Shown piece by piece: positions 13,160 to 25,686 of a stretch of 64,000 nucleotides of DNA (positions are counted from its first letter, which is position 1; the number at the start of each line of letters is the position of its first letter). The position numbers were made by a program, and so were the translations under genes. This DNA is from Adineta vaga (taxonomy: Eukaryota; Animalia; Rotifera): the NCBI GenBank assembly GCA_021613535.1, contig CP075493.1, positions 13,888,001 to 13,952,000 on the forward strand. The letters run 5' to 3'. The notes under the pieces were generated by a model. It was not told the origin of the DNA. It made no database searches and saw only the letters and a program-made list of their open reading frames with translations.

Positions 13160-14452
13160 TTATTCGAACAATAACACTTCAGCATATTGAACACAATTCT
13201 TCTTTTCGCGCTTATCAATAACCAGAAATCGATAACTTGCATATCGATTTAAATTATTGAACGATTGTAATTTTCCACATGCACCTCTACCAGGATCATC
13301 GAAAAGACCACTGCTGCCTTCGTAAATATGTGTCCAACTGTTACCTTTAGTAAGAGCTTCTCCTGATTCATTACTTCCTTCTAATGTTATGACTAATGGA
13401 TCACGTCCTGGATCATCTTTACCAGTACAGATTTGCAATCCTGTAGCTATTGTTGCATTTTGCCTCAGAGTCAAATAGAAACCAGTATTTACACCGCCTA
13501 CACACACGTCAGAACTGGATCGACATTCTCCAAATGACAGATATTTTGTTGAAATATTCCCATCGCATGCCATGTCTGGTGCCTCCTTTATAGGGTGTTG
13601 ACCGGGGTATCTGTCAAATATAAACATTGACTCGACACTATCATGACCAGCTCTTGTTCTGTATACACCATAAACGGTATCATCGATAGTCGTTAGTAAT
13701 ATCGGCACTATGGGAAAATAAACAATGTAAACTGTAAAATAAATTCTCGAAAAGAATTTCAATTGTATGGAGAAAAAACCGTCGTGATAGTAATACGCAA
13801 TTGATCGGAAGTTTCGAAAAATGTTATGGATTACTTTTTTCACTAAAACATACCTTTTGTTTTTGTCGTTGTTTTTATTTCACTAAATGTTATTCCTGTT
13901 GTTACTGTAGATTGTGTTCCTGTTATTCTTACAGTTGTGGTTTCCATTGTTGTTTCTGCAGTGATCGTTGCTGATGTTTTCGAGCTCAACACTGATGAGA
14001 TTTCTTCGGTTGTTGTTCTTGTGAGTGTTTCTGTTGTATCTGTTGTGTTACTTGCTTCTGTTGTATCTGTTGTGTTACTTGCTTCTGTTGTATCTGTTGT
14101 GTTACTTGCTTCTGTTGATGCACCTAAATCTTTCTGCTTAAGAACGATTATTGTAACGACAATACTACCAATGATCAGAATAGCAAGAAGACCAAAGATG
14201 ATGCTCCACATGAACTTCCTTTTTCGAATTTGTTCGCATCTAAAGTAAAAGATCTGTCTTATTATGTATAATTCTTTACAAAATCCATACGAAGTTCTTG
14301 GTCGTGATGGCGGTGGTGTCGCTGATGTTCCCATTGAGTTCACGTGATCTGCTTGAGGCTAAAATAGATCAAGCAATCGACACGATTTCGTTTCGTATTT
14401 CATTTTCTAACAGACTTACAGTTTGAACTACTGCTATTTTATTTCTACCCAT
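13160..14452 (-). CDS. Type II membrane protein: short cytoplasmic tail, TM, Thr-rich mucin stalk, C-terminal galactose-binding/discoidin-like domain
   Basis: Exons 14452-14420, 14358-14291, 14239-13854, 13707-13160 splice in frame; RKRKF followed by a hydrophobic helix; ACDGNISTKYLSFG and CVQYAEVLLF motifs. Confidence 0.75.
14029..14117 (-). repeat. 27-nt coding tandem repeat (EASNTTDTT x3)
   Basis: gcttctgttgtatctgttgtgttactt repeated on the + strand. Confidence 0.9.
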
Positions 14453-15010
14453 CGTTGATATATTTCTTATGCAAGTTTATTGTTGTTGTTCTAAAACTTC
14501 TACAATCAGAAATCTACAAAAATTTAAACTAATCTGAAATGAAGCGAAGAATAAAATTATATAAAATGAATTAATATTTATTTCCTAACATATGAGCAGT
14601 CATTCTTTTCAATGCGATATAAAAAATGGTTAAGAATAATTATGTTGCTGATGATCATTGCTAGAAAATAACAGATTCTTCTTCACATCCAACAGTCGTC
14701 CAAGATATCGTACTCGTCAAGCAGAGAAATATTTTATTTTCTGTGGAAATATTTAATACAAATACTTTACTTAAATCATGTATTAACTCGTTTCCTTTTT
14801 TTTTCTAGTTAATTTTCAAATAAATAAAACAGATGCATGCATATAGTCTCGTGTATATATAAAAAATATGAACCATATTGAATCCTTTTAAAAGAGATGT
14901 AGAAACAATCTGTCTCGTCTAATAATCATCGATGTTACTTTTGATATTTTCTGTTAGATTCTTTTTATTAGATTAAAATGTTTCACAAAAGATCTTTCTC
15001 GAAATTGTGA

Positions 15011-15511
15011 TTAAAAGACATACAAAAATGTATTCATAGTTAATAGAATGAGAGAAAAAACTAATGATTGCGAGAACATTGATGAAGCACCATTACACAG
15101 ATCGGAGTTGCAACAACAAAGAGACACATCTACTCCTTTGACTGATCCTGTTTTACACCCATTGCCATTTTCAGGGCAAAGATCAACATTGAGTAGGAGT
15201 CGAGTAACATTATTACTAATTTTCATTTTCTATACAAAGAACAACAGGATATATGTGATAGAAAAACATATATACGTAAACATACTAGACATCGATCATT
15301 ATTTGAAATCTCTATTGTAGAAATATTTCCAGCATTTGTTTTATCAAACGGGTCACCACATTGACCGTTGTAGTCACTCATACATGCATAACATCGAATG
15401 CTTTGAACTGATCCGATGTCTAAAATGTTTGAAAAATGTTAAAATATCAAATAGAATTTAATATTTACACAAAATTAAAAACAGTGTCGTAGTAAGAATA
15501 GATGATTGCAT
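15011..15511 (-). CDS. Ly6/uPAR three-finger (quiver/sleepless-like) GPI-anchored protein, 3 exons
   Basis: Signal peptide MQSSILTTTLFLIL, IRCYAC...CGDPF, CCCNSDLCN, hydrophobic C-terminal tail. Confidence 0.8.
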
Positions 15512-16345
15512 AGCGTATGTGTTATTGTTTGTCAAGTGAAAAGTGGAAGAATGTATAATTTATCGTTGCACTGAATGCTCTTATATACTTATGCGATTGT
15601 TATAATTTATAATGAGTATTACTAAACAGTGGTGCAATTACCCACACAAAAATATATTCTACGCAAATCGCACATATGAGACTGATCATACACTCAATGA
15701 AATCTGATCTAAAATGTGTATGTGATCAATATCCTTCATATGAATTTGATAATCTTTTTCTTTCTGTACAGTTCTCTCATAGAATATTGACAAGAATGTT
15801 TACCTTGATTCTATGTCCTCTTTAGTCTCGTGATGTGAGTGAGTATAAATGAATGAATGAAAAGTACATTTACGTCTCCATGTCCTAATTGTCTACATAC
15901 GGATATGATTTATATATTCGTGATTCAGCAAAATAAAGTTTCATAATGACTAGATTTAGCATCCTACTAGTCCTGATTTGTTTTTGATATCGATATCGTT
16001 TCATCTCTAACTCGATCATTCTCTAGTACAGTACCGCATCGTCTATTTCGCTGCTACTGAAAAACAAATTTAAGGGTATATAACAATTGTGGTATTAATT
16101 CATTTTGGACTACAAGTGACTCAACATTGATTCATCTCTAAAATGAAAAAGAAACGCTATTGTATTTTTACATGTTTAATAAATAGAAATGCTATCATTA
16201 TATACGCTCCGCGATTACAATTAACAATTAGAGTAATAAGTTCCAGAAATAAATCGCTTTTCTCATTTCCGCAAATAATTATTATTCTTTTAAATTGAAA
16301 AAGGACCATTCCTTCTGCGTCATCATTTTTCAGTTCAATGACAGA

Positions 16346-17354
16346 TCATAAAATAGTTTCATATTTCCGGCGCCGCTGCATTAGAGGTAATGTTACTTGT
16401 CGCCATCGATTTAGATGAACTTTAAAAATCACGTAAATGAGTTGTTTACAAAATCGTTTCGACGTGCACATATAGATGTAAAAAGGACTCTAAAATGAAT
16501 AGAAATCCAACAAGCAAAATATATAAATGATAATTAAGAAGAGTTAAAGAAGCAATGAATTGAAATATCTTTTGAAGATCTGAACTACTAATAAGATTTG
16601 GAATGGTTAAAATTGTATTCACTATCGTATGTGGTACTATTGTAAAAATATTTACAATAACTTGAATTAAAACCATTCGTGTTAATTGTTTATCAAGTTC
16701 ACGTCGAGCAAGAGGTATTGTTCGATGAGGTAACTGTTGTATATTGTAATAAGCCATCAATGCCAAGACAGTAGCAATCGAAACAGGCACAATACCCAAC
16801 AAACAAAGAACAATCACATACGAACGATATTGAGCAAATATGAAGTCTGTACTAACACAAGTCACTTTGTTGGTCGTAGGTGACACATTATGATAAAATA
16901 ACACCAGATAAGGAATTCCATGTAACATCCACGTAATCAAATTGGCAATTTCTAAACGTTTAGCTAATTGAATATTGTTACACCGGTTTTGTAAACGACG
17001 ATATGAACAAGTAGCACAATATTGATCAAATGCTGCTAAACAAAGACATGATAATGAACTAACAGTACAAACATGAAAAATATATGGTCGAAATTTGCAA
17101 TAGAATAATGAACTTTCTGTTCCATTGATAGAAAATAAAGTATTCAAAAGACGTGGTAATAATCCACTCATTAGTTGACCAATGTTGAGAGCAGACATGA
17201 ATGTTAAAGAGATTACACAAGAACTTTGTCGAAATGTTCGAAGACTCGTAAAAACAAGAATATTTAGGAGATTTCCCACTGTACCAGCAATAAAAATTGG
17301 AATTCCAATATAATTCGTGAGCATAGTTTCAAGAAATGATACAGATGTTGACAT
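16346..17354 (-). CDS. Orphan rhodopsin-like 7TM receptor; last exon SPFYIYMCTSKRF... needs an abnormally short intron (possible pseudogene)
   Basis: GNLLNILVF, FDQY (DRY equivalent), ELDKQLTRMV; paralogous to 52291-53318; probable ATG at 17354. Confidence 0.75.
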
Positions 17355-19043
17355 CTTAACATACGAAGATGACTCAACTGATCTCAACTACGAAATAAAT
17401 TTTTTTGTTTTACGTTAATGTTGGATTTACACAAAATAATTATCTTTGCATATGACTTGTTTCTTTCAGAAGAGAAATCTTTTATATACGCACGAATAAT
17501 TAAAAATAAATTTGAACATAGATAATAAGAACGATTTAACATAAGGACAATAGAATCTATAGATTAGTAGGATGCAAAAATGAACGAAAAAGATAGTTTT
17601 GACATCAATCGTATATGATCTTTTCATGGGATGTTACTCTTGAGAATGGAAATGTCTTCTTAATTCAGATTCACTTTCTTAAGCAGTCAATGAAAAGCCA
17701 GACAAATTACAAGCGCCATAGAACGTTTTTTGAAAATAATATTCATTCAAGATTACATTACGAATATAAATTTCAATAATTTACATTCGTGAATATGGAT
17801 CCGAGAAAAATACTATCATTGATGACTTTGGAAAGTTGGATATGTGAATTATTGCATATCAATATTTATCGATCTCAACAAACAAAACCGAGACATCTTA
17901 TACTAAAACATTGTCCTTTAATAACTAAATATATCTAACTTTTCTTTTTCCATTTGTTTATTTTGGGACATTACCTGATATTATAGTAAGAAATGCAGAA
18001 AAGTTCTTTTGTACAAGAAGCAAAATCTAAGAATGACTCCCAATTAAATGCCATCAAAGAATAATCTGATAATGTAAATTCATTTTATAATCAAATCCCA
18101 TAAAATAAATGCAAATGAATCTAAATATTTCTCAACAATCATTGAAATCTTTAGATAAAATATCCATTTTACCATTATAAGGATTTAAACGTACTAAGAC
18201 GACAACCAAGTTGTTTCACGAAAATTTGCATACCATAAAACGCATCGGTTTTATTGTCATAGCATAAATAAGCTGGTAAGTTTGAATTTCTAATTTCATA
18301 CTATTGTTCGTGTTGGAAAGATTTCTCAGTTGCTTCTTCTCCTATACGCAATGATACGACATGCACACATATCGAACTAGTACCGGAACGTATAGAAATA
18401 CTACAGTGATTTTACTATTTTCTGTTTTCAAGTAGATTTCATGATTTGATTAAAACAAATGTGACCATCTTCTGTTTACTAACTGATAAGAATAAAATGA
18501 ATATGCTTCACATGGGGAGAAATACATATTTGAAAGAATTTCAGTATTAAAGTGAGACCACACTAACATATTTTTGATTGTAAGCTAGGAATTCATTGGT
18601 AGAAAATGTGAAGTACACGCTGCTGCCGTTTATGTGAATAAGCATTAAATTGTATAATATAAACCGAAATTATTTTGGAAGTTTTTGAATCGAATGGAAG
18701 TTGAACTCAAATCCTTATGATTTTTTTCATTTGAGATATTGATCTAAATGAGAATGGTACTTCAGTAGTAAGAAAATATCACTATATTCTCATCCATAAA
18801 TACCTCCCAGACTGTTTAGGAATTTTGAGTCATTCTAGAAAATAATTTCATCAGAAAAAGGGATATTTTCTATCGTTCTATTTATTATGCAATGACGTCA
18901 TCATAGAATTGCGTAATGTTAATGTAAGTACTCTCTCTTATTAAAGAGAAAGTCTTTTTTTCTTCAACATTGCAGAAACAAATAAACTAAGTTTATTTCG
19001 ATTGTAAATTCATTGATTTATCTTTCTTATTAATCTCTCTACA

Positions 19044-19733
19044 ATGGCATCGAATTCTTCAATATCTTCAATTGAAATTGAACTTATTAATCGTGTTCAT
19101 TCATATTTTCCTAATAATGATCCAGATAAATTCCATTTCTTCTATGCAACTCAATCACCATTTAGTAATTTTCATCCTTGTTCGATCACAGATGAAAATT
19201 TTACGTTTCATTCAAGTGAACAATATATGATGTACCATAAAGCGAGTAAGTGTTTCTCTTTGTTAGTTAATGTGGAAATAAATTCAACCATCATTCGTAT
19301 TTTCAGAATTGTTCGAAGATGAAAAAATAGCTCGACAAATTCTGGGAGCTGCTACACCTGGTAAATGTAAAGCGCTAGGACGAGAAGTCGAAAATTTTGA
19401 TGGACAACTATGGAAGGAACATCGTACTAGGATTGTTTCGAATGCCTTGTATCTCAAAGTAAGATCATTTTTTTTATGTCAAAGTCAGATATAGTAAATT
19501 TAGTTGATTTATTTCAGTTTACACAAAACGAACAATTGCAACGAGCACTGATGAAATATCGCAATTGTTTATATGTGGAAGCAGCAGGAAATGATTGTGT
19601 TTGGGGTGTTGGTTTACGTGAACAAGATCCATTGATAAAAAAACGAACAAATTGGAGAGGACTTAATCTTTTAGGTTATATTCTTACTGATATTGCACAT
19701 CGAATTTTTGATGAAAATAAGAGATCAAAATAA
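19044..19733 (+). CDS. NADAR/YbiA-family hydrolase, 3 exons
   Basis: Exons 19044-19245, 19307-19458, 19518-19733; motifs PFSNFH, SSEQYMMYHKA, KALGREV, KFTQN, VEAAGNDCVWGVG, GLNLLG. Confidence 0.9.
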
Positions 19734-20245
19734 AATTCTTCGAAATTACTTTTGATAAATAAACGAATTTATATTATAATTGTCTCGAAATTGAAGGTGA
19801 AGAAAAGAGAAGAGACACTTACCCTTATGTAACGTACTAAATCTATTTGTTTTTCAAATATTAAAAGAGAAAACAGATTATTTGTGATGAAAATGGTTTA
19901 TTATGATGTAGATATTACAATGTTTTTCTTTCTTTCTTTTCTGTCATATGAATGATCAAAATAAAAAAATATTCTTTGTTTATTTTGACATATGTGCATT
20001 CGTCATTATTCATATTACGTAGGTATGTGTTTTTCTTCATCATCGTATAGTTTATGTAGTGTAAGTGCTTTTGATTTTTAACTAAATTCGTCTTAGTTAC
20101 TCATAGAATAAAGATTATCATTAACGACATGATGAAATACATATTATCGTGTTTTTATGCTCGATTTCGGTCGTTTACTACATGAATCTTAATCATTTTT
20201 CTAGCTTTTAGAATTTTATTATCACTCGAAATAGACATCACTCGT

Positions 20246-20632
20246 ATGAGTACAACAACAACAATGAAAGCTGCTTATTATCATGCTGCAAAAGATGTAC
20301 GTGTAGAAGAAACACATATCCCTGTTGTCTCATAGTTGAACAGTTTCTGTAAAGGAAGCAAGATATATGACATTTTTAGTCATTGAAGGTATTTAGCGTT
20401 TTTCTCAGTCAAACAGCGATCAGATCGAAACAATTTATATATATTCGTGATCAGCGTTTCATTCTCTATGAACCTATATATAAACAAACGAGGAAAAAAA
20501 TCCACTGTAATTTTGCATTTCCTGCACCTTACAAAGAAAATTAAATTGGATGATATTGTAAAAGATGGATTTGAACCTTTATTATCTGATCCTTCCGAAA
20601 TTAAAATTCTAATTGATATTGCTTCAAGTTAA
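20246..20632 (+). pseudogene. Internally deleted Zn-dependent 2,3-butanediol/alcohol dehydrogenase remnant
   Basis: N-terminus MKAAYYHAAKDVRVEETHIP at ~20264 and C-terminus TKKIKLDDIVKDGFEPLLSDPSEIKILID at ~20530-20632; the core is missing. Confidence 0.65.
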
Positions 20633-20928
20633 TTGTTTCTCTATATGATTCGCTTTCTATTAAAAACAAATTTTTTACTATATCTACATCTTTGTAAACA
20701 TTTATTCTCATTAAATACATTCTTGATAGTGTACATGAATCATTGCTCTACTTTTCGAATAGTTATCATAATGCGATTCATGATGACTTTAAAATTAAAA
20801 GAGACGTTTTATTGATTCAAGATATAAACAAGAGTATGTTTTACATGACACAATAAAACAAAACTTTTCTTATCTTATCAGTTTATAATGATATTTCTCT
20901 ACGCATTACATAAAGCAATAACATAAAA

Positions 20929-22242
20929 ATGACTTCTACTCAATGGATCCTATTCATACTTTCATGCTTTATAGCTCATATTAATGGAATATGTAATAAT
21001 CAAACAGGTCCCGTTGGAAGTATCGAATGCTTTTCTGTAACACATTATACCAAAAAACAATGGATTACTTGTGTAACAAATAGTTATATTCAATTACAAT
21101 CTCAAGGAAGAATAAAATGTCTTAACGAAAAAGATAATTATTGTACACATTCATGTATGTCAGAATTATATTATATAAATGAAGGAAATGTAGCTGATAC
21201 GTGTGTTTGTAATGATTCATTAATTCCACCATCATCATCATTACCTACTGAATGTTTTAGTCCTGATGGATCCGTATGTGATTGGTATAAAACTTGTCTT
21301 CAACGTCAATATGCTTGTAGAGATTCATCGACGGAATATCTTTATATTTATACAACACTATTTTGTAATCTTTCGATAAAATATCAAAATATATTTACAG
21401 ATCGAGCACAACGATGGATTAATGATGGACGTCGATGTATTCAAGTATCTCTTGTTCCGTATATTCGACCATTTATAAATGGAAGTTGTCAAATAATTCA
21501 TGATGTAGCAATGGATGTGTTCAAATCTTGTCATATTCGACCATTTCCAGGTCAAGGTTCCATTTGTGCTATAACTAGACGAGATTGGTTACGAGCATTT
21601 TGGATGATGAAATCAGAATATCAACTATCCGTATCAACAGCAGCCTATGTTTGGTTACAAGATATGCTTGATACGTTTTATGAATGTCAAAAAGATATTG
21701 AAACAGATGATTTTACTCATATTTATAGAGAATTTAAACTTTCAATTGATCTTATTCAAACATCATGGGATAATTTAAATAAAAATCAATTGAATCAAAT
21801 GGCAATTGATATTACTCATCGAATTGCAAAATTTCTCATGGCATCATCTGAACAATGGTCTTGGTATGCATATGGAATACCGTTATTAAGACAACGTTCT
21901 AATATTGAATATGAACAAATAACTATTGTATTATCTATTGTTGATTTACATGGAATTGTTAATGATACATTAATACCACCTGTTAATATAACGAATATTG
22001 AGTTTGAATCACTTATAGAAAAATTCAAAAATGCATTGAAGAAAGGTGATTTGAAAATTCAAAATGATAATGGAACATTTTATGTATCACAAATAAGTCA
22101 TTGTATGGATATGAAATGTCATGCAACGACAGAGACAATCTTCGCTCCTTCATATAGCACTACAAGTAGTGCCAATCATCGGTGTCTATCAATCTTCTTT
22201 CTCGTTTTTCTTACATTGACAATTTGTATTGATCGATTTTAA
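20929..22242 (+). CDS. Secreted or GPI/TM-anchored cysteine-rich protein of unknown function
   Basis: Intronless 437 aa, signal peptide, Cys-rich N-terminal half (CDWYKTCLQRQYAC), Ser/Thr spacer and hydrophobic C-terminus. Confidence 0.75.
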   Translation: MTSTQWILFILSCFIAHINGICNNQTGPVGSIECFSVTHYTKKQWITCVTNSYIQLQSQGRIKCLNEKDNYCTHSCMSELYYINEGNVADTCVCNDSLIPPSSSLPTECFSPDGSVCDWYKTCLQRQYACRDSSTEYLYIYTTLFCNLSIKYQNIFTDRAQRWINDGRRCIQVSLVPYIRPFINGSCQIIHDVAMDVFKSCHIRPFPGQGSICAITRRDWLRAFWMMKSEYQLSVSTAAYVWLQDMLDTFYECQKDIETDDFTHIYREFKLSIDLIQTSWDNLNKNQLNQMAIDITHRIAKFLMASSEQWSWYAYGIPLLRQRSNIEYEQITIVLSIVDLHGIVNDTLIPPVNITNIEFESLIEKFKNALKKGDLKIQNDNGTFYVSQISHCMDMKCHATTETIFAPSYSTTSSANHRCLSIFFLVFLTLTICIDRF

Positions 22243-22469
22243 TTAAATAGCAGGTCGTTTTTTTTCAGTCAGAATCTATTCATGATACAGAATATAGTAT
22301 CTTTTCTTAGTTACTACAACACGTTCGTTCACGTTTTAATAATTCATTTGACATGAAAAAGTTTTTTACAATGAGGATATTATAGCCAAGTATGTCGGTG
22401 TAGTTTCTAAATTACGGATTGATTCTATTAAAGTTTTGTTATTAGTTTTCCTTTATTTATCTGATGTTT

Positions 22470-22970
22470 AAAAATGCTTTTTCGAACATCCTTTAACAAA
22501 AGTTCGAAGTACGAAACGATATTTCACATCAGATTTAACAGTACGATCATAAACGAGTTTCAATGTTTCTGGCGTTGCTTCAATATTTTCAATTTTACAT
22601 GTTATGTTATGTTATGTTTACCACAAAAATTAAGCATTCCTTGTGTTTCTTTCATTCCACCGATTCCGCTACCAGTAATTATTGGTCATTTGAATATAAG
22701 AGAAAATGAATTAATTTCAGGAGGTTTTGGTGGTGCTCCAACACTACATAACATACCAACAGTAAAAAACTTCAAAGCTTACTAAATTTATTAAAGATTG
22801 AACATTCTATGACGCTGATACGGTATCAACAATAAAATCCAATGAATTTGCCGCTGTTTTCCTTTATTCTTGATCTTTTGATACAAGAAATACTTGTGCA
22901 TCAAGTTTCATTGCATCTTCACGTTTTGATTCCGAAGTCGAAATAACAGTAAAATGTGCTCTCAGTCTCA
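22470..22970 (-). pseudogene. C-terminal fragment of a cinnamyl-alcohol-dehydrogenase-type NADP alcohol dehydrogenase
   Basis: Minus-strand translation VISTSESKREDAMKL...SLDFIVDTVSA...VGAPP...ITGSGIGGMKETQGMLNFCGKHNI...DVKYRFV with stops and frameshifts. Confidence 0.8.
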
Positions 22971-23255
22971 TCAATACTCACTCACACTCAATCCCATACA
23001 CATTCTGAAATCTTTATTGTTTATTAAGAAAAAATAATAATATAAATCTATTCAATAACGTTTGGCAGTGTTTTTCTTATTCATATATAATAAAACAAAA
23101 CATATATTAATGCCGAAATATGTCATGCTTTTTTTGTTATATCTTGATAGATCACACCGGTATATAAATTTTATTAGATTTTTTAATAAAACGAGTAAAA
23201 AAAGTAGAAGAGCATTCTGTTAACTTACCTGTCAGAGAGAATAATAAAAGCATAG

Positions 23256-23838
23256 ATGACTTTTCAAAATCGAAACATAGTCTACATTGTAGCTGGTTTG
23301 ATGACAATTACTGCAAGTTTATATATCGTTGCAAATGCTTTACCAATATGGTATTTAGGAGATTGAAAGCACGATAATAAACAATATAACCTATTTTTGC
23401 TTTTCCTATAGGTCAAAAGTTTCGGTTCAATCTCAAACAGGAACTTATGGATTGTGGAAACTTTGCCACGCACATTGTACCAATCTACCATCGACTGTCG
23501 CTGATGCAAAAATTATGTCGGCACGTGCATTTATAACGATATCTTGTATTTTATCAATAGTTTTTATTGCATCATTAATATCGATTTTATTTATTGATGA
23601 AAATCTCAAGAAAAAAATAGCATCATTGAGTAAAATACTTGTCATTGCATCTCTTATTAGTGGAATTATAGGTGTTGCTCTGGGAATAACCTATGCTATG
23701 GAAATGAAATATATTCTCATTATTGATAATAACAGTTTACTAAAACAAAGTCCCTCGATGGGAGTGTCAAGTATTTTGGCTATTATTGCAATTGTATTTA
23801 ATTTAGGCAGTGCTATGGCGTCACTTTACATTAAATAA
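23256..23838 (+). CDS. Claudin/PMP22-like four-TM protein, 2 exons
   Basis: Exon 1 from ATG 23256 spliced to 23412 gives LPIWSKV...YGLWKLCHAHC (W-GLW-C-C signature) and four hydrophobic segments. Confidence 0.8.
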
Positions 23839-24004
23839 AATATTTCTTTCGGAAAATTTTTCAATAATGCATTCTCATTTTCTGCTTTAAGTATCTCCTT
23901 TCTTTATTTAATCACGAATTAAATACATGCTCTCTTTGATTTCTGAAAAGATCGTAACACTGAAATTTATGTCTTTTGAATTAGATACTTTCTATGAAGA
24001 TTCG

Positions 24005-25201
24005 TTAGGGAGGATTGCCATCTCCTACGCATTCAAACCAATCCGGATCGACTTTACATGTATCTTGAGCTAAATTATTTATACGCATCATATCATTATC
24101 AGTGATACTGAATGGATGCAAGACAATATCGAGATTTTCTTGCATATGAGTTTCATTCATCGATCTTGGATTAGATGCAACACCTAACTGATGGATCCAA
24201 CGTAGTAAGATTTGTGCTTCAGTACGTTCATAAGTTCGAGCTAATGATATAATAACAGGATCTTGAAATAATGTAGGATACATGCCTGTTGCTTCACCTT
24301 CGTATGTAACTGGATATTGCTGCACATCAGGTACACCTAATGGTGAATAAGCTACTAACTGAATATTGTTCTTCTGACAAAATCGAAGTAAATCAGCTCG
24401 ACCAGTTCGATAATTGTATGGATTAAATGAAACTTGATTGACACTGGGTAGTAGCATACCAGCATCGATGATTTCTTGTAAATGTGTAATATTATAATTT
24501 GATACGCCAATAGAACGCACCAATCCACGATTAAATAATGTAATCATAGCAGACCAGGTTGAGAGACGACACTTTTTCTCATTATATGTAAGAGAATTAC
24601 TCATGTTACATGATGGATCGGAAGTTTTTGGTATATATGATTGAGCAGGATGCTTCATCATTGGCCAATGTACAAGTAATAGATCGATCCAACTAGTTTG
24701 AAGTTCTTGTAAGATATCCATGGTTTGTTCGATTGTATCATTAAAACCTAAGCCAAATGTTGGTCCAACTTTACTCAAAATAAAGATTTCAGTTCGGTTA
24801 ATACCACTTTGTTCAATACCTCGAGCCACCGATTTATGATTATAGTATGAATTAGCACAATCTAGTCGGCGTCCACCGACTTTTGTCAACCAAGTATATA
24901 CTGCTTTTTGCGTATTAAGTCCACAACCAGGTGGTGGTGGCCCAGGAGGACCAGACGTATCAATATGTGGTTCATCGCCACATTCAGGATATGTACCATA
25001 AGGCTCATTCTCCATACCATAGAATCCAAGTCCAAGACCGAGCGCTGGCATCGTCAAATTAACTTCAGCAGCATTAAATAAAGGAAACGAAGAGACGTGA
25101 TTAAATGCAGAAGGTACAGATTGAGAGTTGTGAATATTAGTATTTGCCAAGGAAATTGTTAAACTCATAATGAAAATAAAGTAGAAGCAGAACATTTTCA
25201 T
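24005..25201 (-). CDS. Aldo-keto reductase with N-terminal signal peptide
   Basis: MPALGLG, LDCANSY, ILSKV, DLLLVHWP, RSIGVSNY, AYSPLG, AQILLRW; catalytic D-Y-K-H tetrad present; intronless. Confidence 0.9.
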   Translation of the reverse strand: MKMFCFYFIFIMSLTISLANTNIHNSQSVPSAFNHVSSFPLFNAAEVNLTMPALGLGLGFYGMENEPYGTYPECGDEPHIDTSGPPGPPPPGCGLNTQKAVYTWLTKVGGRRLDCANSYYNHKSVARGIEQSGINRTEIFILSKVGPTFGLGFNDTIEQTMDILQELQTSWIDLLLVHWPMMKHPAQSYIPKTSDPSCNMSNSLTYNEKKCRLSTWSAMITLFNRGLVRSIGVSNYNITHLQEIIDAGMLLPSVNQVSFNPYNYRTGRADLLRFCQKNNIQLVAYSPLGVPDVQQYPVTYEGEATGMYPTLFQDPVIISLARTYERTEAQILLRWIHQLGVASNPRSMNETHMQENLDIVLHPFSITDNDMMRINNLAQDTCKVDPDWFECVGDGNPP

Positions 25202-25686
25202 GGTGACGATATTACATATAAATGCAACTTAATATTAAAGAAAAAGATAACAATATAACGTGTTTCATTCCTGTATATCAGTATCAACGTCCTTTATCTC
25301 ATACTGCATTTTATATTTCGATTTTAAAAAAATGCTACAGAATTGGACAAAATAACGTTTATGTCGAGATGTAATTATCTACACTGATTTCCAAATGGAA
25401 TATTTGTTGGACATTTATGAAGAGGATTACAACAATCTGAATCAACTTTGTAACTTAGCCAAGTTGCACTAGAACATCTTCTTTGTGGAAATTCACATTT
25501 CAATCCAGAACAACAAATATCTCAATGATAAGAATTGATTTCGACATTTTAGAACGAGAAAACGAAATTGAAACCTACCTTGAAATTTGATGTGTACAAT
25601 ACACTGAAAGGATATCTTATTATATAGTCAAAACAAAAACAAATGCGTTTTTACGTATAATCGATGACGTCAAGATTTTTCGTACT

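Noticed and set aside
13937-14248. Hydrophobic Val/Ser ORF on the + strand
   Set aside because: Antisense shadow of the Thr-rich stalk repeat
17940-18370. Coding-like minus-strand stretch (LCYDNKTDAFYG...LVRLNPYNGKMDIL)
   Set aside because: Multiple stops and frameshifts and no assignable family; possibly a decayed gene
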